NCBI GenBank assembly: GCA_023213395.1
Contig: CM041465.1
Span: forward strand, 130,889,741-130,953,740
Origin: Cycas panzhihuaensis
Taxonomy: Eukaryota > Plantae > Cycadophyta
Reading direction: 5' to 3'
Length of the DNA stretch: 64,000 bases
Shown: in pieces, positions 1-11,869 of the stretch
Position numbering within the stretch: the stretch's first letter is position 1
Layout of the letters: the number at the start of each line of letters is the position of its first letter
The notes under the pieces: generated by a model
Databases searched by the model: none
Seen by the model: only the letters and a program-made list of their open reading frames with translations
What the model was told of the DNA's origin: nothing
Translations under genes and position numbers: made by a program

Positions 1-987
1 CTCTTGGGTAGATTAATTTCAAATCAACTGTTCCCTTTAGATACCTTAGTATCCTTCTGGCAACTTTCCAAAGTTTTATTTTGGGTTTTTGCATGTACCT
101 CAAAACCAGACCTACTAAATATGATATGTCTGGTCTAGTTGCAGTGAGATAGATTAGGCTGCCAAATAATTGTCTGTACAAGGTTGCATTGGCCGAGGGT
201 TCTTCCTTTTCTGTGGCCAAGATGCAGTTCATCTCCATGGGTACTGCAAATGGATTATAATTTCCCATCTAGAATTTAACTAGCAAGTCTTTAATGCACT
301 TGCTTTGAGATAGGGTGACAGAGTCCTCCGGTTGGCTGACTTCCAATCTCATATAATAGCTTAGAAGGCCCAAATTTGTCATATCGAATTCCCTTTCTAG
401 TTGTTTCTTCAAGTTTTTGATTAAATCATCATCGTTCCCTATGAGTATCATATCATGTACATACACTGCAACTATAATGATTAGTCCATTTCTTTTCTTT
501 ACATATAGGCTTGAGTTAGAGTTAGAATGTCTGAAGCCATTCTGACACAGATGTTTGTCTAGTTTGGGATACCAAGCCTGAGGGGCTTGTTTCAAGCCAT
601 ATGGAGCCTTCTTCAATTTGCAAACCATGTGTTCTTGTCCTTCTTTGATGTACCCTTCTGGTTGCGCCATGTAGACTTCTTCCAGTTCTCCATTTAAGAA
701 TGCATTTTTAACGTTTAGATGAAAAATCTTCTAATTTTATTGAGCAACTAAGGCGATAACTGTTCTCACTATATTTAATTTGGCTACAGGAGAAAACGTT
801 TCTTCAAAATCTACTCCAATTGTCTGTGTATAGCCTTTGGCAACAAGCTTGGCTTTGAACTTTTCAAAATTTCCATCGACTTCTTCTTTGATGTTATAAA
901 CCCATTTGTAGTTAACTACAGGTTTATTAGGTGGTAGCTCAACTAATTCCCATGTCTGATTCTTGGCAATCGATTGCATTTCTGAAT
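1..987 (-). mobile_element. Ty1/Copia element A, reverse-transcriptase part (continues beyond window start)
   Basis: [29 protein letters not shown] and VYVHDM (decayed YVDD) motifs. Close to the RT of element B (44500-45300). Confidence 0.9.
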
Positions 988-2930
988 GGAGGACAACAAT
1001 GGATAACATAACTTTTGGCTTCGCACCTGCCAAAAGGTGTGACTTATTCGGAGGTGATAACATAACTTTTGGCTTCGCACCTTTTTGCTTAATTAAACTA
1101 CATTAACATTAACTAAGTGGCTTAATAATTAATTGCCACATTAATATCCCCCCTTAATGTGAATGTGGGGAGCTTGCCAACTGCAACAGTTATGTTATCA
1201 CGAAGGGTGGGATTATCCTGCAACTTCTTTATCCTTGTCGATACACCCCCCCTCAAGGATAACATTGGTGAGTCCAAGTTCGGTACGCATCTTCATGAAT
1301 TGATACTAAGTGAGAGGTTTGGTGAATACGTCTGCAACCTGGAATTCACTCAGACAGTAGTCGGCCTACAACTTTCCTAATTTGATCTGTTCACGAATGT
1401 AATGGTGCCGAATCACAATGTGCTTCTTATGTGCATGGAACTCTGGATTCTTCGATAGACGAATGGTACTTTGATTATCAACAAAGATAATTGGTTGTCC
1501 ATTTGAAACTCTAAGAAACTCCAAAAGACCTTGCAACCATACGGCTTCCTTCTCACCCTCACCAAGTCCTTGATATTCTGCCTTTGTAGAAGGGAGTTGT
1601 GGCTTCTTCGATTGCCACAAAATAAATCCATTGCCAACACCAAACAGGTATCCAGCAGTGGACTTCTGATCGTCGAAATCTCCTCCCCAATCAGCATCTG
1701 TGTAGCCATGCAATTGTATCTCTTCACCTCGACGGTATTCGAGACCAAGATTGATAGTCCCCTTCAAATACTTCAGAATTCGCTTTGCTCCCTGAGGATT
1801 TTGCATGTAGCGGGAAACCAACCCGACAATGTATGCGATATCATGCCTAGTATGAGTCAAATAGATCAAACTCCCTATCAACTGGCGATACTTTGTGCCA
1901 TCTACAGAGGGCTTGGCCATATCCTTCTGCAACTTTGCGCCTTTTACACATGGTGTTCAACTGGTTTGCAATTTTGCATTCCAAATTTCTCCAGCAAGTT
2001 TTTCACATACTGTGACTGCAACAACATGATCTTGTCATCCATTTGCTTGACCTAAATGCCCAAGAAGTAGTGAAGTCTCCCAAGGTCTGTCATGTTAAAT
2101 GAAGCTCCCAGATTGGATTTGACTTTAGCAATAGCCTTGCCACAGTTATCGTAGATGACCAAATCATCCACATACACCACACAAGCTACTATTAAAGTCC
2201 CACTTTTCTTCACATACAAATTTGGGTTGAGTTCAGAAATCTCGAAACTTTCAGCTTTCAACTTCGTATCCATCTTTTCATAACAAGCACAAGGTGCTTA
2301 TTTCAAGCCATAGATTGACTTCTTCAAACGGCACACAAGATGCTCCTGGCGATCCTTAACGAATCCCAGAGGCTGCGACATATATATTTCCCCCTTTAGA
2401 TCTCCATTAAGGAATGCAGACTTTACGTCCATTTGATGTAACTTCCAACCATAAGTTGTTGCTAAGAAAATCAACAGACGAACTGTTGTCATTCTGGAGA
2501 CTGGTGCAAATGTCTCCTCATAGTCAATTCCTTCTTTCTACTTGAATCCCTGTGCAACAAGTCTGGCCTTAAACTTGTCCACTTCTCTATCAGAGCGGAA
2601 CTTTATCTTGTAGATCCACTTGTATCCTACAAGATTCTTTGTCAGAGGTAGTGGAACTAAATCCCACGTGTCGTTCTTCAGTAGAGAACTATACTTCTCC
2701 TCCATTGCAATTCTCCATCTTGGATCTCCTTTCGCTTCATCAAACGAATCGTGATCACTGGAGTCATTGGTGTCTACTAGTAGAGTTCGACTGGCATGTT
2801 GACTTCGTGTTCTTCGATCATCAATTAAGGTATGCATCGCCACATCGGAATCTTCTAGAGTCTTCCTTGCCCATAAAGATATTGAAGGACCTATTGCTAG
2901 AGATACTTCAACTCGCGGCGGCTCCTCACT
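988..2930 (-). mobile_element. Foreign Copia 3' segment C (IN-RT linker, RT, RNase H, PPT, LTR pieces) embedded in element A
   Basis: LLKNDTWDLVPLP, QMDVKSAFLNG, VYVDD and YTDADWGG motifs. PPT at 1246-1257 followed by TG; a second PPT at 1147-1160. The RT differs clearly from that of A and B. Confidence 0.8.
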
Positions 2931-5640
2931 ACTTTAAACTCCTTGAGGTAATCCAAGTCTATGGATTTATTGAAAAGAAGGTAAACCCAAGTTCTTTTGA
3001 AAAATCATCAATAAAGGCAAGGAAATCCCTTGTGCCATTAATAGAATTTGGTGTTATTAGTCCACATAGATCAATATGAACTAATTCCAATTTTTTTAGC
3101 GCTCTCCATGTACTTTCCTAGAATGGAGTTTGGTGTTATTTGCCAATCATACAACTTTTGCATATTAAAGAATTAAAAGACATATCAGTAAGACCATTCA
3201 TCATATTAGAACTTTTTGAGAATTCTAATCGTCTATTTGCAATGTGTCCATACTTTGAATGCCATATTTCATTGACAAAGCTATTAACAACAAGAGATTT
3301 TACAGAAGGAGTAGGCAGAATAGGAGTGGAGATCAACTTGTAGAGATTGTTAATCTCAACCCCTTCTACTGTTACAACACCATTGTTTTTCATATCATAT
3401 ATGAAACACCTTTGGTCCTCATCAAAGATAACTCTAAGCCTCTTTTTCCTTAATTGAGATACAGACAAGAGTTTCTTTTCTAACCTTGGGATACAAAGGG
3501 CTTCACCAATTTTTTAAACTTTATCATTGATTAGGATTGCAATTATTCGTTTACCTTTAATTTGTAAAGGATAGTTGTTACTAAGTTCAACAGCTTTGTT
3601 GAGAAAATATGGTCTCAGCATCTCAAACCAATCTTTTGTCCTTGTCATGTGATTGGACGCTTCAAAGTCTATGTACCAATCTTCATTGTTGTAACTGTGC
3701 ATAGCCAAGGCTGTGTTGAAAGCAATCTCTTCATCTTCTTCTTCGAACTATTCATTACTATAATTCCCTTCTATTCTCTTCCCTCTTTGGATTTCAACTT
3801 GTCTTTGAGGATAATGGTTGGAAGAATGTCCTGATCTCCCACAACAATAGCAATTTGGCAAATTATAATTTTGCAATCACTAGCAAAGTGTCCATACCTT
3901 CCACAATGAAAGCAAACTCTAGATTCTCAAGAGGAAGATCTGCCTCTCCTTTCTGACATCCATGCACTTCTATTTTGTCCTTCTAGAGACCATGAAAACC
4001 TATTACAGTTTTTAGTTGTAGTTCTTGTCCATCCTCTGGTAGGTTTGCTTCTCCCTCTTATTGTGGTTCTAGAGTGACCTCAGCTTCCTAGACTTAGCTT
4101 TGAAAAAAAGGTTTCTTCTATTTCAGTCTCTTTCTCGTATCTTTTGATTCTTTGTTCTTGCTGCAACATATGCCCTAACAACATTTCAAAAGACACATTA
4201 GTTGTATGTCCTCCAATGCTAAGTGTGTTTACCATAGTATCAATTGATTTCAACAGCTTATTGATTGTGAGATGGACGAGTTTAGAGTCATATATTGTTT
4301 CTCCTATAGAAGCTAAATTGTTTTTAATTTCAACAATCTTAGTGATAAAACTTGAGATAGCTTCTCTTTCTTTTAAATGAATTTTATACAATTGTTCTCC
4401 GAGAGAGATTATTTGGGCTTCATTCTTTTGGCTGTAGAGAGAGGCTAAAATTTTTTAGGCATCGGGGGAAGTAGTAGCAACACCAATATGACTCAGCAAA
4501 GAGTCTCCAATAGACAACATGATTGCAACATGTGCAATCCTATCCCTTTCTTCCCAACTGATTATATCTACTATATTAGTAAGTTTGTCTTCTTTTTCTA
4601 TGATAATATTCCATGCATTTTTGGTCATTAAAAGTCCATGCATTATTAACATCCAGGTGTTATAATTCTGTCCAATGAGTTTGTCTATGTCTCCAAGGGA
4701 AAAAATTGAAGCCATTTTTGAAAAAATAAAGTGTATACCAAGAGAAACTGATAAACACAAGAAAAGAACTAGCAACAGATCGTATGATGGTACAATTGTA
4801 CAGAATTGTACACTTGCACGGATCAAGAAAAACAATGTACTCAAATTAAAGCTTGTGTTATCTCTTTCCAAATATGATTTTTTTTTTTGAATCCACCACC
4901 TAGTTTGCTTAGATATTTGCTTGGAAGTTGTATGACCAAGTAAGGTTTTGAAGGAAAAAATACTTAGATCTTTGCAAATACTTGATGAAATTTATCAAAC
5001 TTGCATGCGATCGAAAGATATTGTCCAAACGAAGATTTTGGGACAAATTTTACCCAATAGAGCGAAGTAAAATGAGAGAAATTTGTGATCAAAACTTCAA
5101 AACGTCACCCCTATAAAATTGAGTTTTTCCATTTATTGAGACAAAATTTGAAGTCATGCCTTTGGAACATATTACTCTCCTCTGTGAGGTGAATTTACAC
5201 ACTAAATTTCATCGAATTCTGAGCACTTGAAAATTTCGTGTTCGTACAATTTCGTATTGCAATTAATAAACTTGAAAAAAAAAGACTTCTCTCTCTTATA
5301 AAAAACTTCAAGACGTTCAAAAACTTTAACACTTTTCGATTTGGCCTCTCTCAAAATAAGTTCTTCAAATTTTTTTTCTTCAATACTTCGAATCTAGTTT
5401 CTCTCAAATTTTTAACAGCCCTGTTGATACCCTGTCAAAACAATTGGAATAGGTGAAGAAGATATTTCAATACATTAATGAGAGAGAAATACTCTCATAC
5501 AAATACATCATGTGTACATATGAGAGCCTATGCATGTAGGCCAAGTGTCAACATTACATTAAAGAGGGATTGGACACATGACCCCCAAGTTAACTTTAGA
5601 AAACATAGACATAAAAGATAAAAACATTATTACTCTAACA
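2931..5640 (-). mobile_element. Ty1/Copia element A, 5' part: LTR (5433-5640), decayed PBS, gag, protease, GAG-pre-integrase and integrase N-terminus
   Basis: The LTR reads TGTTAGAGTAATAATG...CA on the minus strand. Degenerate Met PBS at ~5421-5432. Motifs: gag GQNYNTW, CCHC knuckle, WYIDFEASNHMT, WHSKYGH and FIDDFSKRTWVY. Many stops. Confidence 0.85.
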
Positions 5641-5904
5641 TCATGTGAGACAAAATTAACCTAGTCTGTCATAAGAGTTACAAAAGTCCTTAATGGACTT
5701 GTCACACTTGTTAGGGTGGTTACAAGTTCTTGTTTGGACTGTTATTTATCTCGTTTGTATTTATAAGTATATAGGGTTATGTACTTTGTATTGAGTGAGT
5801 GTTATTCTTAATGAATGAAATCAAGTTTTGAAGGTAGACTAATTCTATCAAAAACTTGTGTTATAATCTCTTGTTTGGTTCCATTCGATCCACTAAAATT
5901 TCAA

Positions 5905-6283
5905 AAGAGAGATGAACAACACTACAAGGCAAATAACACACTTGCACATTAAGCACACTAAAACGGATAAGGTAGAATTATTCTACATTGCAATAATATT
6001 TAGTATTGAATCAATAGCATAACATTACACTCATCTTCCACTATACTATACAAGAGAGAATGGTTTCATTGTATAGATGAGAGAGCTATCCTTGGGGTGT
6101 TTGCATGCTTGACAAGTGTTGAACATGCATGGGCAACTATGTACTTACGTTTGACCACTCAAAGAGGGGGAAAGGGGTCTTTGAACCTTACAACTAATTT
6201 TACATCACTTGAAAAAGTGCACATCTTGCATTAAGTGCATGATAATGATACATGACTTAAAGATGAAACATAAAGATTCTAAC
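5905..6283 (-). mobile_element. Decayed solo LTR related to the LTRs of elements D and K
   Basis: Ends AAACATAAAGATTCTAACA and shares AGCATAACA, the CATG.TTGACAAGTGT..AACATG palindrome and ATCACTT motifs with the D LTR. Left edge approximate. Confidence 0.55.
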
Positions 6284-6801
6284 AATTAATATAATGCTAT
6301 ATAATATTAATAATATCTATGTTGCATAGGCACAATGAGGTGGGGAGGTCATAAAATTTGTATATTACATAATTGAAATTACAAATAAATATAAAAACAC
6401 ATCTTGGTCTTTTGGTTGTTTGTTATGCTCAACATAAATTGATCCAAATCAGAGTGTTTTTTTTGTTTTGATGTTGAATAGGTTAGCATTCTCTAGGTTG
6501 GTGTGTTGTAATAGGTTTCGCTTATATGTAGATTGGTAGATATATACAAGTGTAATGTTGAGTGGATTATAGTTTTCTAAGTTAGATTGTTGTGGTATGT
6601 TAGGGTTACACGTGGGTTACAGTTCTCTAAGTTAGAGTCTTGTGGTAGGTTAGGGTTAGCCATGTACACACACATACTGATACACACTTGGGATCAATAA
6701 TTACCAAGACAACACTCCTTTTATGATGGTTTTTATGGTTGGATGTGATTTAATAATTTACACAATGGAATCTTGCATTCTTTTTTATTTTGTACATTGG
6801 A

Positions 6802-7061
6802 AATGTGGTTGGTTAAATATGAATGGTTAGAGTTGAAGGCTATGTAGATACTAACTAGCATAGGTTAATGTGGTTGGTCAAATATAAAAGATTAATGTGG
6901 AAAACTATGCAGGTAATATCTAGTGTTGGTTAATGTGGTTGGTTAAATACGAAATGCTAATTTGGAAGGTTACATATGTACTGTCTAGTGTAGGTTAATG
7001 TGGCTTGCTAAATATGAAAGGTTAGCATGTAGAGTTGTATAGGTGTTATCTAGTGTAGGTT
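6802..7061. repeat. Degenerate 65-bp tandem repeat, 4 units
   Basis: AATGTGG(T/C)T(G/T)G units begin at 6802, 6867, 6932 and 6997, exactly 65 bp apart. Confidence 0.85.
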
Positions 7062-7851
7062 ATATGGGGATGGATGCTCTTTATGATGTTATGAAATAGT
7101 TAGGTTTTTTTCTTTTTTTTCTTTTTTTATTTGGTGCCTGTGTTGTGGGCCTGTTTTCGGGTAAGATTTGGCCAGGTTCATTTTTGCCAAACTTGGGCTT
7201 AGGATGGGTGTGACTAGGCTAAACCCTAACCATGTTAAAGGTGGTTTGACTGTTGGTTCGATACATCCAAGAGGGTCGCACTAACATTTGTGCCTCAAAT
7301 TATATAATATAATGTTAGTACTATAATATAATACAAAGGTCAGCATGCCTGCCATGTGGGCCCCACCTATGTTGTTTCTAGTTTGGAAATGCATTGTAAT
7401 TTGCATGTTTTGGATGGAAACAATGGGAATGATCCTGTAACATGTCTGATTTATTTCAGTGACATCTCCTTGCAGTCCTTGATTTGGAAATAGATAATTG
7501 CAGGGGAAATTACTTTTTTGGACAATGCATGTATGAATATACAAGATAGTGTCAAGTGGTCAATTGTTCTGATCCTTTTTTTGTGCCTTGACATTTTGCA
7601 AAGTCTTCCAAATAGCACTTGTTGTAGAGTATTTAAAAACTACTATAATAACTTGTTTTTCAATTCAAATGCCTTTTCAAATCTTGCTTTGCAATGGTTA
7701 ATACAATGTGCTATATCATGATTAGGTAGAGGTTTCAATTTTGTAATGTGAACATGTGTTTCATTGTTTTTATATCTCATGCATTGGTAGTTGCATGCCA
7801 TGTCATGTTCTCATGGATTCATATTTTCTAGTTGTGCTTGATGTGATGCAG

Positions 7852-7943
7852 AGGCACGGAAACAGGTATTGGATGCCACAGAGAGAATGGGAGGTCAATA
7901 TAGTCCTGATCTACATCCTCAATGTACTCATCTTGTGGTTCAA
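7852..7943 (+). CDS. Host BRCT-domain protein, internal exon (first visible): (E)ARKQVLDATERMGGQYSPDLHPQCTHLVVQ
   Basis: CAG acceptor ends at 7851. The peptide has the BRCT signature GG.Y...L...CTHLVV. The exon ends at a U12 donor ATATCCT. From recall (not searched), it resembles the plant BRCT family that includes Arabidopsis At3g43930. Confidence 0.9.
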
Positions 7944-8075
7944 ATATCCTATTTTGGGTGGCAAGTTTCTTAGAGAGAAATGGATAAACCAAGTCAAATT
8001 TCTATATATTCTTTTTGAATTTCTTGAAATAAGTTGTTTTCCAAATCCTGGTATAAATTCTCTTAACATTGTCAC
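7944..8075 (+). other. U12-type (minor spliceosome) AT-AC intron, 132 nt
   Basis: 5' site ATATCCTATT, branch site TTCTCTTAAC at 8058-8067, and AC at 8074-8075. Removing it gives the in-frame join HLVVQ|SFAGRKFEHA; read-through hits TAG. Confidence 0.9.
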
Positions 8076-8178
8076 AGCTTTGCCGGCCGTAAGTTTGAGC
8101 ATGCATTGAAGCATGGGTTGAAGCGAGGCCTTTTTGTTGTCACTTTGGCCTGGTTTGTAAATTGTGTAAGACATAATG
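8076..8178 (+). CDS. Host BRCT-domain protein exon: SFAGRKFEHALKHGLKRGLFVVTLAWFVNCVRHN
   Basis: Completes the BRCT repeat (K...A and VT..WF..C motifs). GTATGT donor at 8179, phase 1. Confidence 0.9.
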
Positions 8179-8678
8179 GTATGTGCTTGTCTTTCTCTAG
8201 CTTTGAAAGTTTCACAAGGAACAATATAAGTGAAATTTGTCAATCTTCTGAACCCCATTTCTTGGAAATATTTAGTTTTAAAGGAAGAAGACATTAAGTT
8301 TTAAAGCAAGAAGGCAACATTGCAATATAGAGTTTTGTGTTTCTTTGTAACATGCACATTCTATATTCTATTTCACTCTTGCCCATGGAAAACTTTTGTA
8401 ATTCTTTGGTTGGCCTTTAATTGAGCATTTAGTAGTTAGCTCTTAACTTGTAAATAAATTTTGGTTGCTATACTTTTAATTGTAATTTAGCTTTAATTGC
8501 CTATCATCTTTGTTAGAGGTTCTTTGAATAAAGAAATTGAATAGATGGTTGTTTTTGAAATGAAGCAGTGTACCATCAAAATATTTGTATTTGGAAAAAC
8601 AAAAAGGGTAAGTGTTGCTACAAGACAATTGTTTTTTCTTCGGCAATAGTTTTAACTCTTATTTTGATTTGTTTGTAG

Positions 8679-8944
8679 CAAGATTGGACGAATCACTTTA
8701 CAGTGTGAATAGCTTTGCACATCCTGGCTTACCTTTGGAGGAATTTTCCCAACTTGTTGCAATCACTAATGCAGAGCAATCTTGTTTGCCTCTGATGAGC
8801 CACGAGGACAAGAAGTCACTAAGCATTGCGGTGCAACCACATTCTCAATCTATTAGCAAAGAAGTTGCTAGACATGGAGGATCTTTGCTCTGTGGCCAAT
8901 GCTTCTACATTGATGCAGATGTGTCAAGTGAACTGCATAAGAAG
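8679..8944 (+). CDS. Host BRCT-domain protein exon: ARLDESLYSV...GQCFYIDADVSSELHKK
   Basis: TTTGTTTGTAG acceptor whose phase matches the previous exon. Open frame; AAG|GTATGC donor, phase 0. Confidence 0.88.
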
Positions 8945-9939
8945 GTATGCATGAAGAACATTCCATTCCTTGTTTCTCTAACAAAAAGAGGAAATTTACA
9001 TATGCTTGCTATGCTTCTTATAGGTGTTTTATAGATTGTCACAGACATACTTGTTTTGGTCCAAACCTCTAGGATCTTACTTTCTGTCATAGTTCTCCCA
9101 TTATTTGCATGCTTATAGGCATACCGTGCACACTGTTATTTCCTAACTATTTATTGTATTTTGTCATTGCTTCTTTGACTGGCAAACAATGCTTCAACCT
9201 ATTACTAGACCTTATTTCATTGGATATCAGTTCCTATTACAAAGTCTGTATTTTCTTTGAAACTTTACATTGTTGTTTTTTGTCACTAGGATATTCTCCT
9301 CATCATATGTTAGTACTAAGCAATTTAAGAAATTTTAACTGTACATTTCCATTATCTGCTTCATTGAATCTTTTCCTTTTGTTTATCTTGTTAATCCATT
9401 TGCTGCATTTAGGAGAAGCTTGTAATAGTCTAGAAGAAAAGGCACTCACCTTCTCATCAAAGCATCTCATGTTTGACTTCTTGCATGATGGGATTGACAG
9501 ATCCTACCAAGGTGGTCTGTCACCATGCAATGTCCTGGAATCCTCTGGCAACTATTGCTTATACTTGAATCTCTTGTTGGGACTACTTGTTGTATTTGAG
9601 TATCTAGTGGCAAATAATGCTTTTGTCTTTAAAAGAAAGATTTGGCACATTCCAAATGAACAATTTGTTTAACAATTATTGTCATCGATATTGCTAACTG
9701 AGGAAAGAATGGAATGCAACTAGTTATATTAAGCTTCATGCAAGCAACAAAGCTTTCTACATATGTTAAAAGAACAAACAATGCTACTAGACAATATCAA
9801 TAGTTTTTATCATTATATATTGAATAGGTAGAGTTATTTTAAAATGGGTAGTGCTCACATGCATTGCTTGTAATAATATTATTACACCCATCTATTGTTG
9901 ATTGCAGATATGGAAAGGCATGCCTATATTAGTGAATAA

Positions 9940-10140
9940 AATGATCAAAACAATTGAAACGATAAAAAATAATCAAAACAAGGCAAGAAATGGCCAAAAT
10001 GACTAAGAAACGGACATAATGGGCCCAGAAACAGCCATAATGGGTCCAAAAATGACAAGAACGGTCTAACAAACGACCAAAATGGTCCCATAAATGATCA
10101 GAATAGGCCCAAGAATGATTATAATGGTCTTAAGAACGCA
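9940..10140. repeat. Degenerate ~21-bp minisatellite, possibly within the 5' LTR of element E
   Basis: Recurrent AAA(C/T)G(G/A)C.A.AATGG.C motifs. Confidence 0.45.
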
Positions 10141-10949
10141 TGACATGGTGCATTCCTGACAGGAACACATAGAAGGGAATGCATGGAATGCACACCCAAA
10201 ATTAAGTCATGTGTTCTAGAGATTATGGTGTCACCCATAAGCATACGTACTTACGATCATATAGACATAACAAAGAGTAATTAATGTTGTAATGTAATCT
10301 TAAGTGAAAAGGTACATTTGCTATGAAAAGGAATGGTTGTGACCATAGGTCACAATCATTCCCCCAAAAGGCATGTATTTGGTATTCACTGGGGCTTGTT
10401 CAACCATGTTGGTGTGAGAGCCAAGTCATTGAGTCTTATGTCATGCTCTCAAGTGTGAGAGCCGAGTTATTCAATGCTCTGTCACCTGCTCTAGGGCAAG
10501 AGCCGAGTATTTGAGTCCTATGATACATTCCCAAGTGTGCAAGAGCAAGTATCAAAGCATATGTTATGGTTTATAGCAGAACACGTGTAGAATGGTTCCA
10601 TTACTAGTGATGTAAAGACATTGATAATGATATTACTTAATAACGTGGAATCTTGTGTACTTTGTGCATGGCAATTGATTGTATGAACAATGCATGTTGA
10701 TTATTGATTGAGGTAATGGCATAAGGATGATATTGTGTTCATTGTATGAGCAATCAAGTGATATAGTCATGTTGATTGACCCTAACTAGACTACCGGTAG
10801 TGATCCCTTCACAAGTGCACTCTTATAAGGGTAGTGAGACTAAAAGTCAACATTGGTTTCGTTGCCTATGTTCATTGAGGAGGGACTGGTTCAGGAATTT
10901 TCATCAGTGAATTATGTTCAAAGACTAAGGAACCCTAGCCGTCATCGTG

Positions 10950-11856
10950 TATAGAAATGGCCAAAAAGGCCTTTGAAACCCAAGATCTAGGAGATATGTT
11001 CACTCTAGTTCTAGAAAGGAAATAATCTAGACTAATAATGAAAATATGAGATCAACATAAACAAGATCAAAGCATGAAGAGAAAGAGCAAAATGATACCA
11101 AATGTGAGGAGTTGGAATTGGTCCAACCTCCAAATGAATAGTAGTTTGATTAGCAAATTGGCAGCATAACAATACAACTCCAAATCTATATGAGAACAAT
11201 GAGAAGAGGTCTCAATATATAGAGTGACAGGAGAGATCTAAGGCATTGGATGTTTGACAAGTGTCAAACATCTAAGGTACATGCTTTGCGAGTTGGAATT
11301 GGTCCAACCTCCAAATGAATAGCAGTTTGATTAGCAAATTGGCAACATAACAATACAACTCCAACTTTATACGAGAACAATGAGAAGAGGTCTCAATATA
11401 TAGAGTGACAGGAGAGACCTAAGGCATTGGATGTTTGGTGTTAAACATCCAAGGTACATGCCTTGCGAGTTGGAATTGGTTCAACCTCCAAATGAATAGC
11501 AGTTTGATTAGCAAATTAGCAGCATAACAATACAACTCCAACTCTATACGAGAACAATGAGAAGAGGTCTCAATATATAGAGTGACAGGACAAACCTAAG
11601 GCATTGGATGTTTGACAAGTGTCAAACATCCTAGGTACATGCCTTGCATGTAGGACATGTGTCCTTTTGGGCTCTCAAGTGAGAAAAAGTGCATGGGGGT
11701 CGATTTGACCCTTAAGTGACAATGTTGTGTCACTAGGAAAGAATGTGGGTGTGCACTTTATCACTTAAGTGATAAGTCACTGTTAAAGTACAAAAGTACA
11801 AATAATGCATGAAAAATAAAGTACATAGGCTTAACGTGTAAACATAAGGTTTAACA
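10950..11856 (-). repeat. 3' LTR of D (907 bp) with a ~180-bp segment in 3 tandem copies
   Basis: Units start at 11109, 11290 and 11467; the 5' LTR has one copy. Confidence 0.93.
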
Positions 11857-11869
11857 CCCCCCCTTACTG

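Noticed and set aside
6600-6660. Telomere-like TTAGGG motifs
   Set aside because: Isolated single copies, not an array.
7756-8109. 117-aa ORF overlapping the host exons
   Set aside because: Wrong frame; the BRCT peptide is in another frame and needs AT-AC splicing.
9109-9672. 187-aa hydrophobic ORF
   Set aside because: T-rich intron sequence with no recognisable motif; not needed to join the flanking exons.
11109-11647. Palindromic repeats that could be taken for a CRISPR array
   Set aside because: Whole units repeat without unique spacers; eukaryotic LTR context and no cas genes.
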